Shown here: in pieces, positions 24,072 through 33,143 of the stretch | Layout of the letters: each line of letters opens with the position of its first letter | How positions within the stretch are numbered: position 1 is the first letter of the stretch | Source: Alphaproteobacteria bacterium | Lineage (GTDB): Bacteria; Pseudomonadota; Alphaproteobacteria; MPNO01 | Assembly (NCBI GenBank): GCA_965242495.1 | Contig: OZ251446.1 | Coordinates: 2,751,530 to 2,815,529 of the forward strand | Direction of reading: 5' to 3' | Length of the DNA stretch: 64,000 bases | Made by a program: the position numbers and the translations under genes | Notes under the pieces: generated by a model | Told to the model about the DNA's origin: nothing | Databases searched by the model: none | The model's input: the letters and a program-made list of their open reading frames with translations, nothing else

Positions 24072-24511
24072 GGCCGGACGACGACATCCGCGCGGAAGAT
24101 CGGAACGAGCTGGAATATCTCGCGCTCGAACTGTCGGAGGTCAAGGGCGTCCTGCGCGAACTGTCGCAGCAGCTGCTGCGAATCGAGAGGCGGTTGCGGG
24201 CGGCGTTGCCTCCGCCCGATAAATCGGCGCAACCGGCTCGCGGGAAGCGTATCGACGAAGACGCCGCGCGCCGCCTCATCGACCGCTTGACCGAACGGGC
24301 CGGGGCGGGCGAACGGATCGAAAGCGAGCTCCGGCGCATGACGGTCAAGGGAGAGCTGACGGCCTTGGCCAGGAGTCTGGGAATGACCAACGCCAGACTG
24401 CCGCCCAAAGACGACCTCGTCCGCCGCATCTCGACCCGGCTTCGCCAGGGCGCCTCCGTCGCCAGCGGCATCCAGGAAGGCGCGCGGGAGAACAGCCGGC
24501 GCGTGGCTTGA
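24068..24511 (+). CDS. Hypothetical 147-aa ParA partner (coiled coil plus HeH/Rho-N-like C-terminus)
   Basis: ATGA overlap with parA; heptad LEYLALELSEVKGVLRELSQQLLRIERRL; LRRMTVKGELTALARSLGMTNARLPPKDDLVRRI. Confidence 0.65.
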   Translation: MRPDDDIRAEDRNELEYLALELSEVKGVLRELSQQLLRIERRLRAALPPPDKSAQPARGKRIDEDAARRLIDRLTERAGAGERIESELRRMTVKGELTALARSLGMTNARLPPKDDLVRRISTRLRQGASVASGIQEGARENSRRVA

Positions 24512-24536
24512 CGGCCGCCCGACGCCGGGGGCCGTT

Positions 24537-25634
24537 CTGACGCTCGTCGGCCTGCTCGCCGTCGCCGTCGGCGTCTGCGCCCTGTCGGCCGCGCTGACCC
24601 GGCTGACGCTGGGGGCCGGGATCCTGGCGGTCCCCAACCCGCGGTCGTCGCATTGCCGGCCGGTCGCCACCGGCGGCGGGATCGGCCTCGCCGTCGCGGC
24701 GGCGGCGGGGCTCGGCGCCGCCTGGCTCGCCGCCGGGCGGGCGGGGGGCGCGCCGGGCGGGGCGACGGCCGTCGTCGCGGTCGCCGCGGCCCTGGGGCTG
24801 GCCTTGGTGGGCCTCGCCGACGATCTCGGCCGGGTGCGGCGGCGCAGCGTCAAATTCGCCGCCCAGCTCGCCGCCGGCGCCGCGCTCGTCGCCTGCGGGG
24901 CGGTCTTCTCCCGCCTGTCCTTGCCGGGGGTGGGGACGGTCGAGCTCGGCCCGTGGGCCGGCCCCGTCACCCTCGTCTGGGTCGTCGCCATGACCAATGC
25001 GTTCAACTTCATGGACGGTCTCGACGGCCTCGCCGGCGGCTGCGCCGCCCTCGCCGCCGCCGTCTTCGCCCTCCTCGCCTGGCTGGCCGGGGCGGGGCCG
25101 GCCGCCGCCGCCGCCGTCGTCCTGGCCGCCGCGGTCCTGGGCTTCCTGCCGTTCAACCTGCCGCGCGCGCGCATCTTCATGGGCGACGCCGGCAGCCAGT
25201 TCCTGGGCTTCGCCTTCGCCGCCCTGGCCGCGGCCGCGGCGGCGGACGTTGGCGCGGCGGGGGGCGCGGGAGGCGGCGCGGAGGGGCGCGCGGAAGGCGG
25301 CGTGCCGCCGCTGGCGATGCCGCTGCTGTTCCTGGGATTCCTCTTCGACACCGGGCTTACGATCCTTCGCCGCCTCGCCGCCGGGCGCAACGCGCTCGAT
25401 GCCCATCGCGGCCATCTCTATCAGCTCCTCAACCGGCTCGGCGCCTCCCATGCCCGGGTCGGCCTGCTGCATTACGCGATGACGCTGCTGCACGGGGCCG
25501 GCGCGCTGTGGCTGATCGAACTCGCCCCGGCCCAGCGCGGCGCGGCGTTCCTGCCCTTCCTCGCCCTCCAGCTCCTGTATGCGGCGCTGGTGCTGCGCGC
25601 GGCCGGCCGGGCCGGGCTGCTGGCGCGCGATTGA
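24537..25634 (+). CDS. MraY/WecA-like glycosyltransferase family 4 (start uncertain, possibly CTG)
   Basis: In-frame PNPRSSH...TGGGIG upstream of the ORF-track start; GLADD, NAFNFMDGLDGL, IFMGDAGS, HRGHLYQ. Confidence 0.85.
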   Translation: MTLVGLLAVAVGVCALSAALTRLTLGAGILAVPNPRSSHCRPVATGGGIGLAVAAAAGLGAAWLAAGRAGGAPGGATAVVAVAAALGLALVGLADDLGRVRRRSVKFAAQLAAGAALVACGAVFSRLSLPGVGTVELGPWAGPVTLVWVVAMTNAFNFMDGLDGLAGGCAALAAAVFALLAWLAGAGPAAAAAVVLAAAVLGFLPFNLPRARIFMGDAGSQFLGFAFAALAAAAAADVGAAGGAGGGAEGRAEGGVPPLAMPLLFLGFLFDTGLTILRRLAAGRNALDAHRGHLYQLLNRLGASHARVGLLHYAMTLLHGAGALWLIELAPAQRGAAFLPFLALQLLYAALVLRAAGRAGLLARD

Positions 25635-25670
25635 GCCGCCGCGGAACCCGCCGCGGGATCGGCCGCGGGG

Positions 25671-26288
25671 TCAGCGGCCGGGCCGGATGTCGATCACCCG
25701 CGCCGCCCACTCGATGCGCACGTCCTTCATCGGCGGGGCGTTCCAGCTCTCGAGGGTGAACAGGCCGTCCGCGTCCCCCGGGCGCAGCTCCTTGATCAGC
25801 GTCGGCCCGTCGCCGGCGATCCGGACCACGCAGAGTTCGCCCAGGCAGGCGGGCGGCACGCCGTCCTGGTCGCGCGAATAGAACACCAGCCAGCCGTCGC
25901 GCAGCGGGCGCATCGAATCGCCGCGCACGCGGACGGCCACCATCGGCCCCTCGCGCCGGACCGGCGGATCGACCTCGTCGAGCCCCTGCCCCAACACGTG
26001 GTCGTCATAGGGAAAGACCCGCCCGCCGGCCCCGGCGTAGCCGACCACCGGCACCGCCTCCGAGCGCCGCGGCCGGCCCAGCAGCAACGCCAGCCGGTCC
26101 GCCGGATAGGACGCGCGCGCGGCCAGTTCGTACAGCCGGGCGAGCGAGGCGCGGTCGGGGTCGTCGCGCCCGCGCTCCCAGCGGCTCACGCTCGGCTGGG
26201 TGACGCCGATCTCCTCGGCGAGCCGCTGCTGGTTGAGGCCCAGATGCGTCCGCAACCCCCGGACCCAGTTCGCTGTCGAGGACGACAT
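25671..26288 (-). CDS. CI-like repressor: XRE HTH plus S24 peptidase
   Basis: LNQQRLAEEIGVTQPSVSRWERG HTH; VVGYAGAG cleavage-type site; VRGDSM serine; LIKEL lysine. Confidence 0.85.
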   Translation of the reverse strand: MSSSTANWVRGLRTHLGLNQQRLAEEIGVTQPSVSRWERGRDDPDRASLARLYELAARASYPADRLALLLGRPRRSEAVPVVGYAGAGGRVFPYDDHVLGQGLDEVDPPVRREGPMVAVRVRGDSMRPLRDGWLVFYSRDQDGVPPACLGELCVVRIAGDGPTLIKELRPGDADGLFTLESWNAPPMKDVRIEWAARVIDIRPGR

Positions 26289-26319
26289 GACCGCCAGTAT
26301 CGGCGACCGGCGCCGGGCG

Positions 26320-26384
26320 CGCAAGAAAAAATATACGCCATGCGCATTTTTTTTGCTTGCCGTCTTATTCGCACAGCGTATATT
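26320..26384. promoter_or_regulatory. AT-rich divergent promoter region with two operator-like palindromes
   Basis: ATACGC-CAT-GCGCAT inside a GCAAG...CTTGC inverted repeat, and ATTCGC-ACA-GCGTAT. Confidence 0.6.
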
Positions 26385-26391
26385 CACCTCC

Positions 26392-26697
26392 ATGGAGATC
26401 CTCCCCCTCGACGATTCCCATCTGTGGCGCCGGCTCGACGACGACGGACCGTTCCTCGGCCTGCCGCAACCGATCCCCCCGGTCCCGCCGCCCGCAGACC
26501 CGCTGGACCCGCAATTCCCGCAGGGCTGCCGCTTCATCGACGGCGACCCGGCGGAGCCGGGCTGGGGCTATTGCCGCGCGCCGATCCACCGCCGGTCGCT
26601 GTGCCGGGCGCATTTCGACCTCTGCTACCGGCCGCCGAACGACCGGCGGCTGGCCCGGCTGTGGGCGCTGGCCCGGGAGGCCGGCGCGACGGACTGA
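26392..26697 (+). CDS. Small protein with GcrA C-terminal-like Cys/His motif
   Basis: CRFIDGDP...YCRAP...SLCRAHFDLCY resembles the GcrA CRWPIGDP..FCG..YCxxH motif. Confidence 0.6.
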   Translation: MEILPLDDSHLWRRLDDDGPFLGLPQPIPPVPPPADPLDPQFPQGCRFIDGDPAEPGWGYCRAPIHRRSLCRAHFDLCYRPPNDRRLARLWALAREAGATD

Positions 26698-26716
26698 TCC
26701 GCGCCGGGCTTGCCGC

Positions 26717-26850
26717 CGCGCCTTTCCCGTGCGATTCTGCGCCGCCGGGAGGATCTTCATGCCGCTCGCTCCGCTGGCCGGAACCCGCGACGCGCCCTTT
26801 CCCGCGCAGTGCGCCGCCGGGAGTATCTCCATGCCGCTCGCCTCGCTCGC
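26717..26850 (+). repeat. Two degenerate direct repeats of about 70 bp upstream of the nucleoside transporter
   Basis: CGCGCC(C)TTTCCCG...TGCGCCGCCGGGAG(G/T)ATCT(T/C)CATGCCGCTCGC occurs twice. Confidence 0.55.
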
Positions 26851-26906
26851 GAGGCGCCGCCCGCGCGACGCCGCAACCGGCGCTCCGGCGTCCTGACGGG
26901 CGGGGC

Positions 26907-28151
26907 GTGGCCGCGGTCCAGCCCGTCCTGGGCCTCGCCGTCCTGATCGGGTTCGCCTGGCTGATCGGCGAGGACCGCCGCGCCTTCCCGTGGCGGACCG
27001 CGGCGATAGGCCTCGCCGCCCAGCTGGGGCTCGCTCTGCTGCTGCTGCGGCTGCCGGCGGCGCAGGCGGCCTTCGCCGGCCTCAACGACGTCGTGCTCGC
27101 CCTCCAGACCGCGACCGAGGCGGGGACGACGCTGGTCTTCGGCTTCCTCGGCGGCGGCCCGCCGCCCTTCCAGGAGACCCATCCCGGCGCCGCCTTCGTG
27201 CTCGCCTTCCGCGCCCTGCCGCTGGTGCTGCTGATGAGCGCCCTGTCCGCCCTCCTCTACCATTGGCGCGTCCTGCCCTGGGTGGTGCGCGGTTTCGCCT
27301 GGGCGTTGAGCCGGGGGCTCGGCGTCGGCGGCGCGGCGAGCTTCGCCACCGCCGGCAACGTCTTCGTCGGCAACGTCGAGGCGCCGTTGCTGATCCGCCC
27401 CTATCTCGACCGGATCGACCGCGCCGACCTGTTCGTTGTCATGGTCGCCGGCATGGCGACGATCGCCGGCACCGTGTTCGCGCTCTACGCAACGCTGCTC
27501 CGCGACGTCGTCCCCGACGCCGCCGGCCAGCTGCTGGCGGCGTCGGTGGTCAGCGCCCCGGCCGCGGTGGTGGTCGCGCGGATCATGGCGCCGGGCGCGG
27601 ACGGCCGCGCGGACGGCCGCATCGAGATCGAGCGGCGCTACGACAACGCCATGGACGCCGTCACCCGGGGGACGATCGACGGGCTGCGGCTGCTCGCCTA
27701 CATCGTCGGCATGGTGCTGGTGCTGGTGGCGCTGGTGGCGCTGGCGAACCTCCTGCTCGGCGTCCTGCCCGACGTCGCCGGCGCGCCGCTGACCCTCCAG
27801 CGGATGCTGGGATGGCTGCTGGCCCCGGCGGCGTGGCTGATGGGCGTCCCCTGGGAGGAGGCCGCCGCCGCCGGCCGGCTGCTCGGAGCCAAGATCGTCC
27901 TCAACGAGCTGGTGTCCTATATTGAACTGGCGCGGCTGCCGGCCGGCGAGCTCGGCGAACGCGGCCGGCTGATCATGACCTGGGCGATGTGCGGCTTCGC
28001 CAATTTCGGCGGGCTCGGGGTGATGATCGGCGGGCTCGGGGCCATCGCCCCGTCGCGGCGGGACGAGATCGTCCGGCTCGGCGTGAAGGCCCTGATCGCC
28101 GGCAATCTCGCGACCTGCATGACCGGCGCCGTCGTCGCCTTGCTGATCTGA
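26907..28151 (+). CDS. Concentrative nucleoside transporter (NupC/CNT family)
   Basis: NVFVGNVEAPLLIRPYL, GMATIAG, KIVLNELVSY, MCGFANFG; GTG start. Confidence 0.9.
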   Translation: MAAVQPVLGLAVLIGFAWLIGEDRRAFPWRTAAIGLAAQLGLALLLLRLPAAQAAFAGLNDVVLALQTATEAGTTLVFGFLGGGPPPFQETHPGAAFVLAFRALPLVLLMSALSALLYHWRVLPWVVRGFAWALSRGLGVGGAASFATAGNVFVGNVEAPLLIRPYLDRIDRADLFVVMVAGMATIAGTVFALYATLLRDVVPDAAGQLLAASVVSAPAAVVVARIMAPGADGRADGRIEIERRYDNAMDAVTRGTIDGLRLLAYIVGMVLVLVALVALANLLLGVLPDVAGAPLTLQRMLGWLLAPAAWLMGVPWEEAAAAGRLLGAKIVLNELVSYIELARLPAGELGERGRLIMTWAMCGFANFGGLGVMIGGLGAIAPSRRDEIVRLGVKALIAGNLATCMTGAVVALLI

Positions 28152-28172
28152 ACGCAACGCAGGAGTCCTCGC

Positions 28173-31100
28173 ATGTTGTCGTCCACCACCTCCCCCCGGA
28201 ACCTTCGTGACGGAGCGCCGGTCCGAGATGGGCGCGCCTCGCGCCGTTCCGGCCCCGCCGGGTCCGTTTCCGCCGCCCTCGCCCTGGGGTGCGCCGCCGC
28301 GTTGGTTCTCGGCGCGGGAGGGGCGGCGGCCCAGAACCTGTGCGCGGGCGACGTCGTGGCCGACCGCACGTCGATCGTCGTATGCGACCGCGCCGCCGGC
28401 GAGACGAGAGACGTCCACATCAACCTCCGCAACCCCGACATCGCGCTGACGGGCTTCAACGAGTCCCCCGTCACCGCCGACACCTACGGCGTGGGGAGCG
28501 TCACCATCGAGGTGACGGGCGGCTCCCTGTCGTCCTCGGGCAACTGGGCGAAAGGCATCCGCAGCTGGAGCAACGGCGGAAGCGGCGACGTCGCCGTCAC
28601 GGTGAAGGACGTCGACATCACGACGGCCAACGACAACGGCAACGCCGTATACGTCCGTCGCCAGGCCGGGACCGGCGACATCAAGATCGACGTGTCGGGC
28701 GGCGTCCTCACGACGACGGGAGGAGGCGTCAGCCAGGGCATCACCGGCTGGGCGCAGGTCGCGGGCGACATCGATATCGACGCGAAGGACGTCGTCATGA
28801 GGACGGAGGGAGCCAACTCCCTCGGCATCTTCGGCTATCAACAGGGTCCAACGGGAGACGTCGACGTCGCCGTTCAGGGCGGCTCCATCGAGACGAACGG
28901 CTTCCTCGCCCACGGCGTCTATAGCGGGAAAATCGGCGGGACCGGAAACGCCGGCTTGAGCGTGTCGGGCGCCTCCGTCACGACCCGGGGCCGATTCACC
29001 CGCGCCGTCAACGGCGTCTCATCGGGCGAGGGCGACGTCACGGTCGACGTATCGGGCGAAGCCGTCGTCGTGGCGGAAGGCGAGGGCAGCGTCGGCGTCT
29101 ATCTGCTTCACGTCGGCAACGGCTCCGGCCATGCGACGATCGGCGCCGCGGCGCGGACCGCGGCGCCCTTCGGCAACGGCGTCTACGGCCGGCTGATGCC
29201 CTCCGCGAACGCGGCGGGGCGCATCGTCATCGACGCGCGGGGCCGGATCGAGGCCCGGAACGCGGGCGTTCTCGCCTGGGCCGAGCCCCGGAGCGGCTCC
29301 ACCTTCGGAGAAGGAAACGAGGCCGCGGACGAGACGGCCGGAACCGCGCCCATGATTCACGTCGCCTCCAGCGACGACGTCACGGTCGGCGAGGGCGTGA
29401 TGGACGCTTATGTCCGCGCGGCGGTCGCGGGCGACGACGGGACGCTTCAGGCGGGCGAGCAGGCCGTCCTCGACGCCATCGAGGGAGACGATTCGGACGC
29501 GCTGGACACGGCGCTGGGCGCGCTTCCCGATGATTACGACGACGCCTGGAAGGCGCGCATGCGGGCCTTCCGGGTCGGGCGCGGCGCGGAGCGGACGGAT
29601 CACCATGGCTCCCAGGGAAACGCTCCGGGGGCCAACGCCAGACTGGCGGAGGAGGCGGCGGTCGAGATTCTGGACATCCCCCGGGCGGGTATCCGCGCCA
29701 TGGCGCTTTCCCACACCGAGATAGCGGATTACGTCCGGCGCGGCGGCTTCGGCGGGTCGCTCTCGGACGACGAGCGGACGGTGCTGGCGGCCGTCCTGAC
29801 GGGCCGCGGCCTGGAGGCGGCGCTCGCCGCGCTTCCCGCCGACTATACCGACTCCTGGAAGGACGGCGTCCGGCTGCGCGCCATGAGCTACAACGCCGGC
29901 GACATCCAGGTGGACGTCGCCGGAGGGACGATCACCGCTGACGGCGACGGCGTTCACGCGCGCTACGTCGTCGCGCACGACCGCAACGGCGCCATCGCCG
30001 TGACCGTGGCCGAGGGCGCGAGCGTCGCCGGCGGGCGCCACGGCGTCTTCGTCGGCGGGGCGGGCCTGGACGACGACGGCCTGCGCGCCCATACGGTGAC
30101 GGTGAACGGCGCGGTCATGGGCGGGACCGGCGCGGGCGTCTATCTGGACGGCTGCGGAACGGTGACGATCGGCGAGAACGGGCGCGTGAGCGCGGCCTCG
30201 GGCGTCGGCATCCTCTCCGACGGCGCGGGCGACTTCTACGCGACGGTGGCCGGCGCGGTGGAGGGCGACGTCCGCAGGACGGGCGGCGGCGACATGAGCG
30301 CGACCGTCTCGGGCGCGGTGGAGGGCGACCTTCTCGTCCAGGGCGGCGGCGATTTGAGCGCGACGGTGTTGGGCATGGTGAAGGGCGACCTCCGCGCGAT
30401 GGACGGCGGCGCCCTGACGGTGGACGTGATGGAAGGCGGCGTGGTGACGGGAACGGTCCACGATCCCGTCGGCCCGCTGACGGTGCGCGGCGGCGTCGGG
30501 CGGCTTCTCTACGGCAACGGCGCGACGGTCACGGTGGCCAGGACGGGCCGGCTCACCGGCGTCGAGGGCGAGGCGCTCCGCAGCGCGGCCGGAGACCTGG
30601 ACGTGACCGTGGCGGGGACGGTCGCCGGCGACCTCCGCGCCCCGACCGGCGGCGCGTTGACGCTGGACGTGCAGGAAGGCGGCGCCGTCGCCGGAACCGT
30701 CCACGATCCCGTCGGCCCGCTGACGGTGCGCGGCAGCGTCGGGCGGCTGCTCTACGGCAACGGCGCGACGGTCACGGTGGCCGCCACCGGCAGGCTCACC
30801 GGCGTCGAGGTCGAGGGCCGGCGCGAGGCGCTCCGCAGCGAAGCCGGAGACCTGACCCTGACCGTGGCCGGGATGGTCGCCGGCGACGTCGTCGGGGAGG
30901 GCGACGGCGACTTGCGCGCGACGATCTCGGGCATGATCGCCGGCGACGTTTTCGGCCGCGGCGCGGGCGAACACGTCGTCACGGTGGCTGCGGGCGGGGC
31001 GGTGACGGGCGTCATCCATCTGGCTGCCAGCGCGGTGAGGGTGGACGGCGCGGCCGGGCGCGTACAGTTCGACCGGGGCGGCGCGGTGACGGTCGGCGGG

Positions 31101-32516
31101 ACCGGCCGGATCACGGGCGTCGACGGGGTTGCGGTCCGCAACGCCGCCGGCGAGCTGAGCGTAACGGTGGCGGCCGGCGGCAGGATCGACGGGGACGTCG
31201 TCGATTCGGGCAGCCGTCCCGCGATGGTCTCGACCGGGGCCGGGAGCGCGGTCCAGGGGATCGACGTGGCCGGAGCGGGCAGCGAGCTGCGGATCGGCGG
31301 TACCGCGGAGCGGGCGCGCCTCCGCCGGGGCGGGACGGTGACGGTGGGGCCGGACGGCTCGGTCGGCCCGGTATCGAGCGACCGCGGGGAGTTGGAGGCG
31401 GTGGCCAGACAGGGCGCGGGGGAGACGCAGGCGGAGGCGCTGCAACGGGCCTTTCGGGGCGAGGTGGACGAAGCCGGGGGCGCGCCGACCATACAGACGC
31501 AGAAGGAGGGCGAGCCCCCGCGGACGGTGGGGCCGCCCGGTACCGGGGCCGCGGCGCCCGACGGCGCCTTCGACGTGGGCGTCGAGACCACCGGAGGGGG
31601 CGGCGTGCGGATCGTGCCGAGGTACGCGCCGCGTTCGCGCGTGTACGAGGCGCTGCCGTCGGCGCTGCTGGGGTTGAACGATCTGCCGACGCATCGCGAT
31701 CGTCTGTCGGCGCTGCGTTCGTCGAACGGGATCTGGGCGCGCGTGGAGGCGGAGGGCGGCGAGCGCCGGGCGAAGCGTTCGACGTCCGCGGCCGCCCTCT
31801 CCTACGACCATCGCCGTTACGGCGTGCGGACCGGCGTGGACGTTCCGTTGGGGTCGTCCGGCATGGCGGGCGTCTCGGCGCATCGCCTGCGCGGGTCCGC
31901 GGAACTGTCGGGGAAGGACGGCGAGATCGAGGCGTCCGGTACGGGCTTCGGCGTGTCGGGCGCATGGCGGTTCCCGGACGGCGTCTACGTCGACGGGCAG
32001 GCGCAGGCGACGTGGTACGAGGCGGACGTGAAGTCGGGGCCGCGCGGGGTGCTGAAGTCCGGGGCCAGGGGCTTCGGCTACGCGCTTGGGCTGGAGGCGG
32101 GCCGCCGGCTGGCCCTGGGCGTGGTGACGCTGACGCCGCGCGCGCGTCTGGCGCGTTCGCAGCTGCGGCTGAACGACTTCACCGACGCCCTGGGCGGTCG
32201 GGTGTCGCTGGAGAAGGGGCGCAGCGTGACCGGTCGCGCGGGGCTGCGCGTCGAGGCCGCGCCGTCGGGCCCCGGCGGCGGTCGGCTGTTCGCTTCGGCG
32301 GAGGTGGAGCGGGAGTTTGTGGCCGAGACGCGGATGCGCGTGTCGGGCGAAGGGCTGTCCTCGGAGCGCGACGCGACCCGGGCGCGTCTGGCCCTGGGCG
32401 GTTCGCATGAATGGGGCGAGGGCCGCTACGCCGTGCAAGGCGCGGCAAGCTACGCCGCCGGCCGCCGCGGCAACCGCAGCTACGGCGGCGCGCTGAACCT
32501 GAAGCTGCGGTTCTGA
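28173..32516 (+). CDS. Large autotransporter 1
   Basis: Signal-like AAAQ; Gly/Val/Thr beta-helix repeats; YAPRSRVYEALP linker; barrel ending YGGALNLKLRF. Confidence 0.88.
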   Translation: MLSSTTSPRNLRDGAPVRDGRASRRSGPAGSVSAALALGCAAALVLGAGGAAAQNLCAGDVVADRTSIVVCDRAAGETRDVHINLRNPDIALTGFNESPVTADTYGVGSVTIEVTGGSLSSSGNWAKGIRSWSNGGSGDVAVTVKDVDITTANDNGNAVYVRRQAGTGDIKIDVSGGVLTTTGGGVSQGITGWAQVAGDIDIDAKDVVMRTEGANSLGIFGYQQGPTGDVDVAVQGGSIETNGFLAHGVYSGKIGGTGNAGLSVSGASVTTRGRFTRAVNGVSSGEGDVTVDVSGEAVVVAEGEGSVGVYLLHVGNGSGHATIGAAARTAAPFGNGVYGRLMPSANAAGRIVIDARGRIEARNAGVLAWAEPRSGSTFGEGNEAADETAGTAPMIHVASSDDVTVGEGVMDAYVRAAVAGDDGTLQAGEQAVLDAIEGDDSDALDTALGALPDDYDDAWKARMRAFRVGRGAERTDHHGSQGNAPGANARLAEEAAVEILDIPRAGIRAMALSHTEIADYVRRGGFGGSLSDDERTVLAAVLTGRGLEAALAALPADYTDSWKDGVRLRAMSYNAGDIQVDVAGGTITADGDGVHARYVVAHDRNGAIAVTVAEGASVAGGRHGVFVGGAGLDDDGLRAHTVTVNGAVMGGTGAGVYLDGCGTVTIGENGRVSAASGVGILSDGAGDFYATVAGAVEGDVRRTGGGDMSATVSGAVEGDLLVQGGGDLSATVLGMVKGDLRAMDGGALTVDVMEGGVVTGTVHDPVGPLTVRGGVGRLLYGNGATVTVARTGRLTGVEGEALRSAAGDLDVTVAGTVAGDLRAPTGGALTLDVQEGGAVAGTVHDPVGPLTVRGSVGRLLYGNGATVTVAATGRLTGVEVEGRREALRSEAGDLTLTVAGMVAGDVVGEGDGDLRATISGMIAGDVFGRGAGEHVVTVAAGGAVTGVIHLAASAVRVDGAAGRVQFDRGGAVTVGGTGRITGVDGVAVRNAAGELSVTVAAGGRIDGDVVDSGSRPAMVSTGAGSAVQGIDVAGAGSELRIGGTAERARLRRGGTVTVGPDGSVGPVSSDRGELEAVARQGAGETQAEALQRAFRGEVDEAGGAPTIQTQKEGEPPRTVGPPGTGAAAPDGAFDVGVETTGGGGVRIVPRYAPRSRVYEALPSALLGLNDLPTHRDRLSALRSSNGIWARVEAEGGERRAKRSTSAAALSYDHRRYGVRTGVDVPLGSSGMAGVSAHRLRGSAELSGKDGEIEASGTGFGVSGAWRFPDGVYVDGQAQATWYEADVKSGPRGVLKSGARGFGYALGLEAGRRLALGVVTLTPRARLARSQLRLNDFTDALGGRVSLEKGRSVTGRAGLRVEAAPSGPGGGRLFASAEVEREFVAETRMRVSGEGLSSERDATRARLALGGSHEWGEGRYAVQGAASYAAGRRGNRSYGGALNLKLRF

Positions 32517-32613
32517 GCGCAATCCACGGCGGGAAGGCGCCGCCCCTCGGGCGCGCCCGCCTCGCCCGACGCCCGCCCCCGGCCCCACGGAAACGGGATA
32601 CGGGATACGAATA

Positions 32614-32640
32614 TGGATTCCCGCTTTCGCGGGAATGACG
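32614..32640. repeat. Unoccupied dRS3-like palindrome
   Basis: GGATTCCC-GCTTTCGC-GGGAATGAC; reverse complement GTCATTCCCGCGAAAGCGGGAATCC is the empty MITE target. Confidence 0.8.
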
Positions 32641-32723
32641 AGGGGGGGGGGGGGCGGGACACTGGTCCCGGGAAGGCCATTGGCTCGAGGCGGATACGCC
32701 AACCATCCGTCATTCCCGCGAAA

Positions 32724-32874
32724 GAGTGTGTGAAGAAATCCCAAGACATCCGCGTAATTCGGAATTTTCGCCGTGTCGATAGAAACATAAATGGTCTATA
32801 TGAGGAACATATATGGGTCAAATGTGGTGAATCGACTGGATAGACCACAGGTCTTGGGGTTTCTTCACACACTC
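32724..32874. mobile_element. 151-bp MITE, copy 1 (IS1182-type TIRs)
   Basis: 24-bp TIR GAGTGTGTGAAGAAATCCCAAGAC / GTCTTGGGGTTTCTTCACACACTC (1 mismatch); GAAA duplicated at 32720-32723 and 32875-32878; AT-rich core. Confidence 0.85.
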
Positions 32875-33029
32875 GAAAGCGGGAATCCATGGCGGGGGAG
32901 GACGGGTCCTCGGGCGCGCCCGCCTCGCCCGACGGCTTCCCCCGGCCCGTCGTCACAGGCCCCCCCCCTCCCCACGGAAACGGGAATCCAGGAGCCTCGA
33001 CGATACCGCAAGCAGGCCGCATTTTCCGC

Positions 33030-33057
33030 TTGACAGACGGAATTTCTGTTCCATCTT
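33030..33057 (+). promoter_or_regulatory. Putative sigma70 promoter of the NYN leader
   Basis: TTGACA-N16-CATCTT. Confidence 0.5.
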
Positions 33058-33097
33058 CCCCCCAAGGCAGATACCCGCTGGCAGCGTGCTGTCGGCT

Positions 33098-33132
33098 CAA
33101 GGGCCGCTCCCCGGAGCGGCCCTTGCTTTTTT
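33098..33132 (+). terminator. Intrinsic terminator just upstream of the NYN start codon
   Basis: CAAGGGCCGCTCC-CC-GGAGCGGCCCTTG then CTTTTTT; SD GAGGA and ATG follow within 12 nt. Confidence 0.75.
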
Positions 33133-33143
33133 CGAGGACGACC

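Noticed and set aside
25671-26697. Intact prophage around the CI-like repressor
   Set aside because: No integrase, replication or structural genes nearby
32889-33143. Upstream extensions of the NYN and AT2 ORFs given in the ORF track
   Set aside because: They run through repeats, promoters and a terminator; SD-supported starts are at 33144 and 34112
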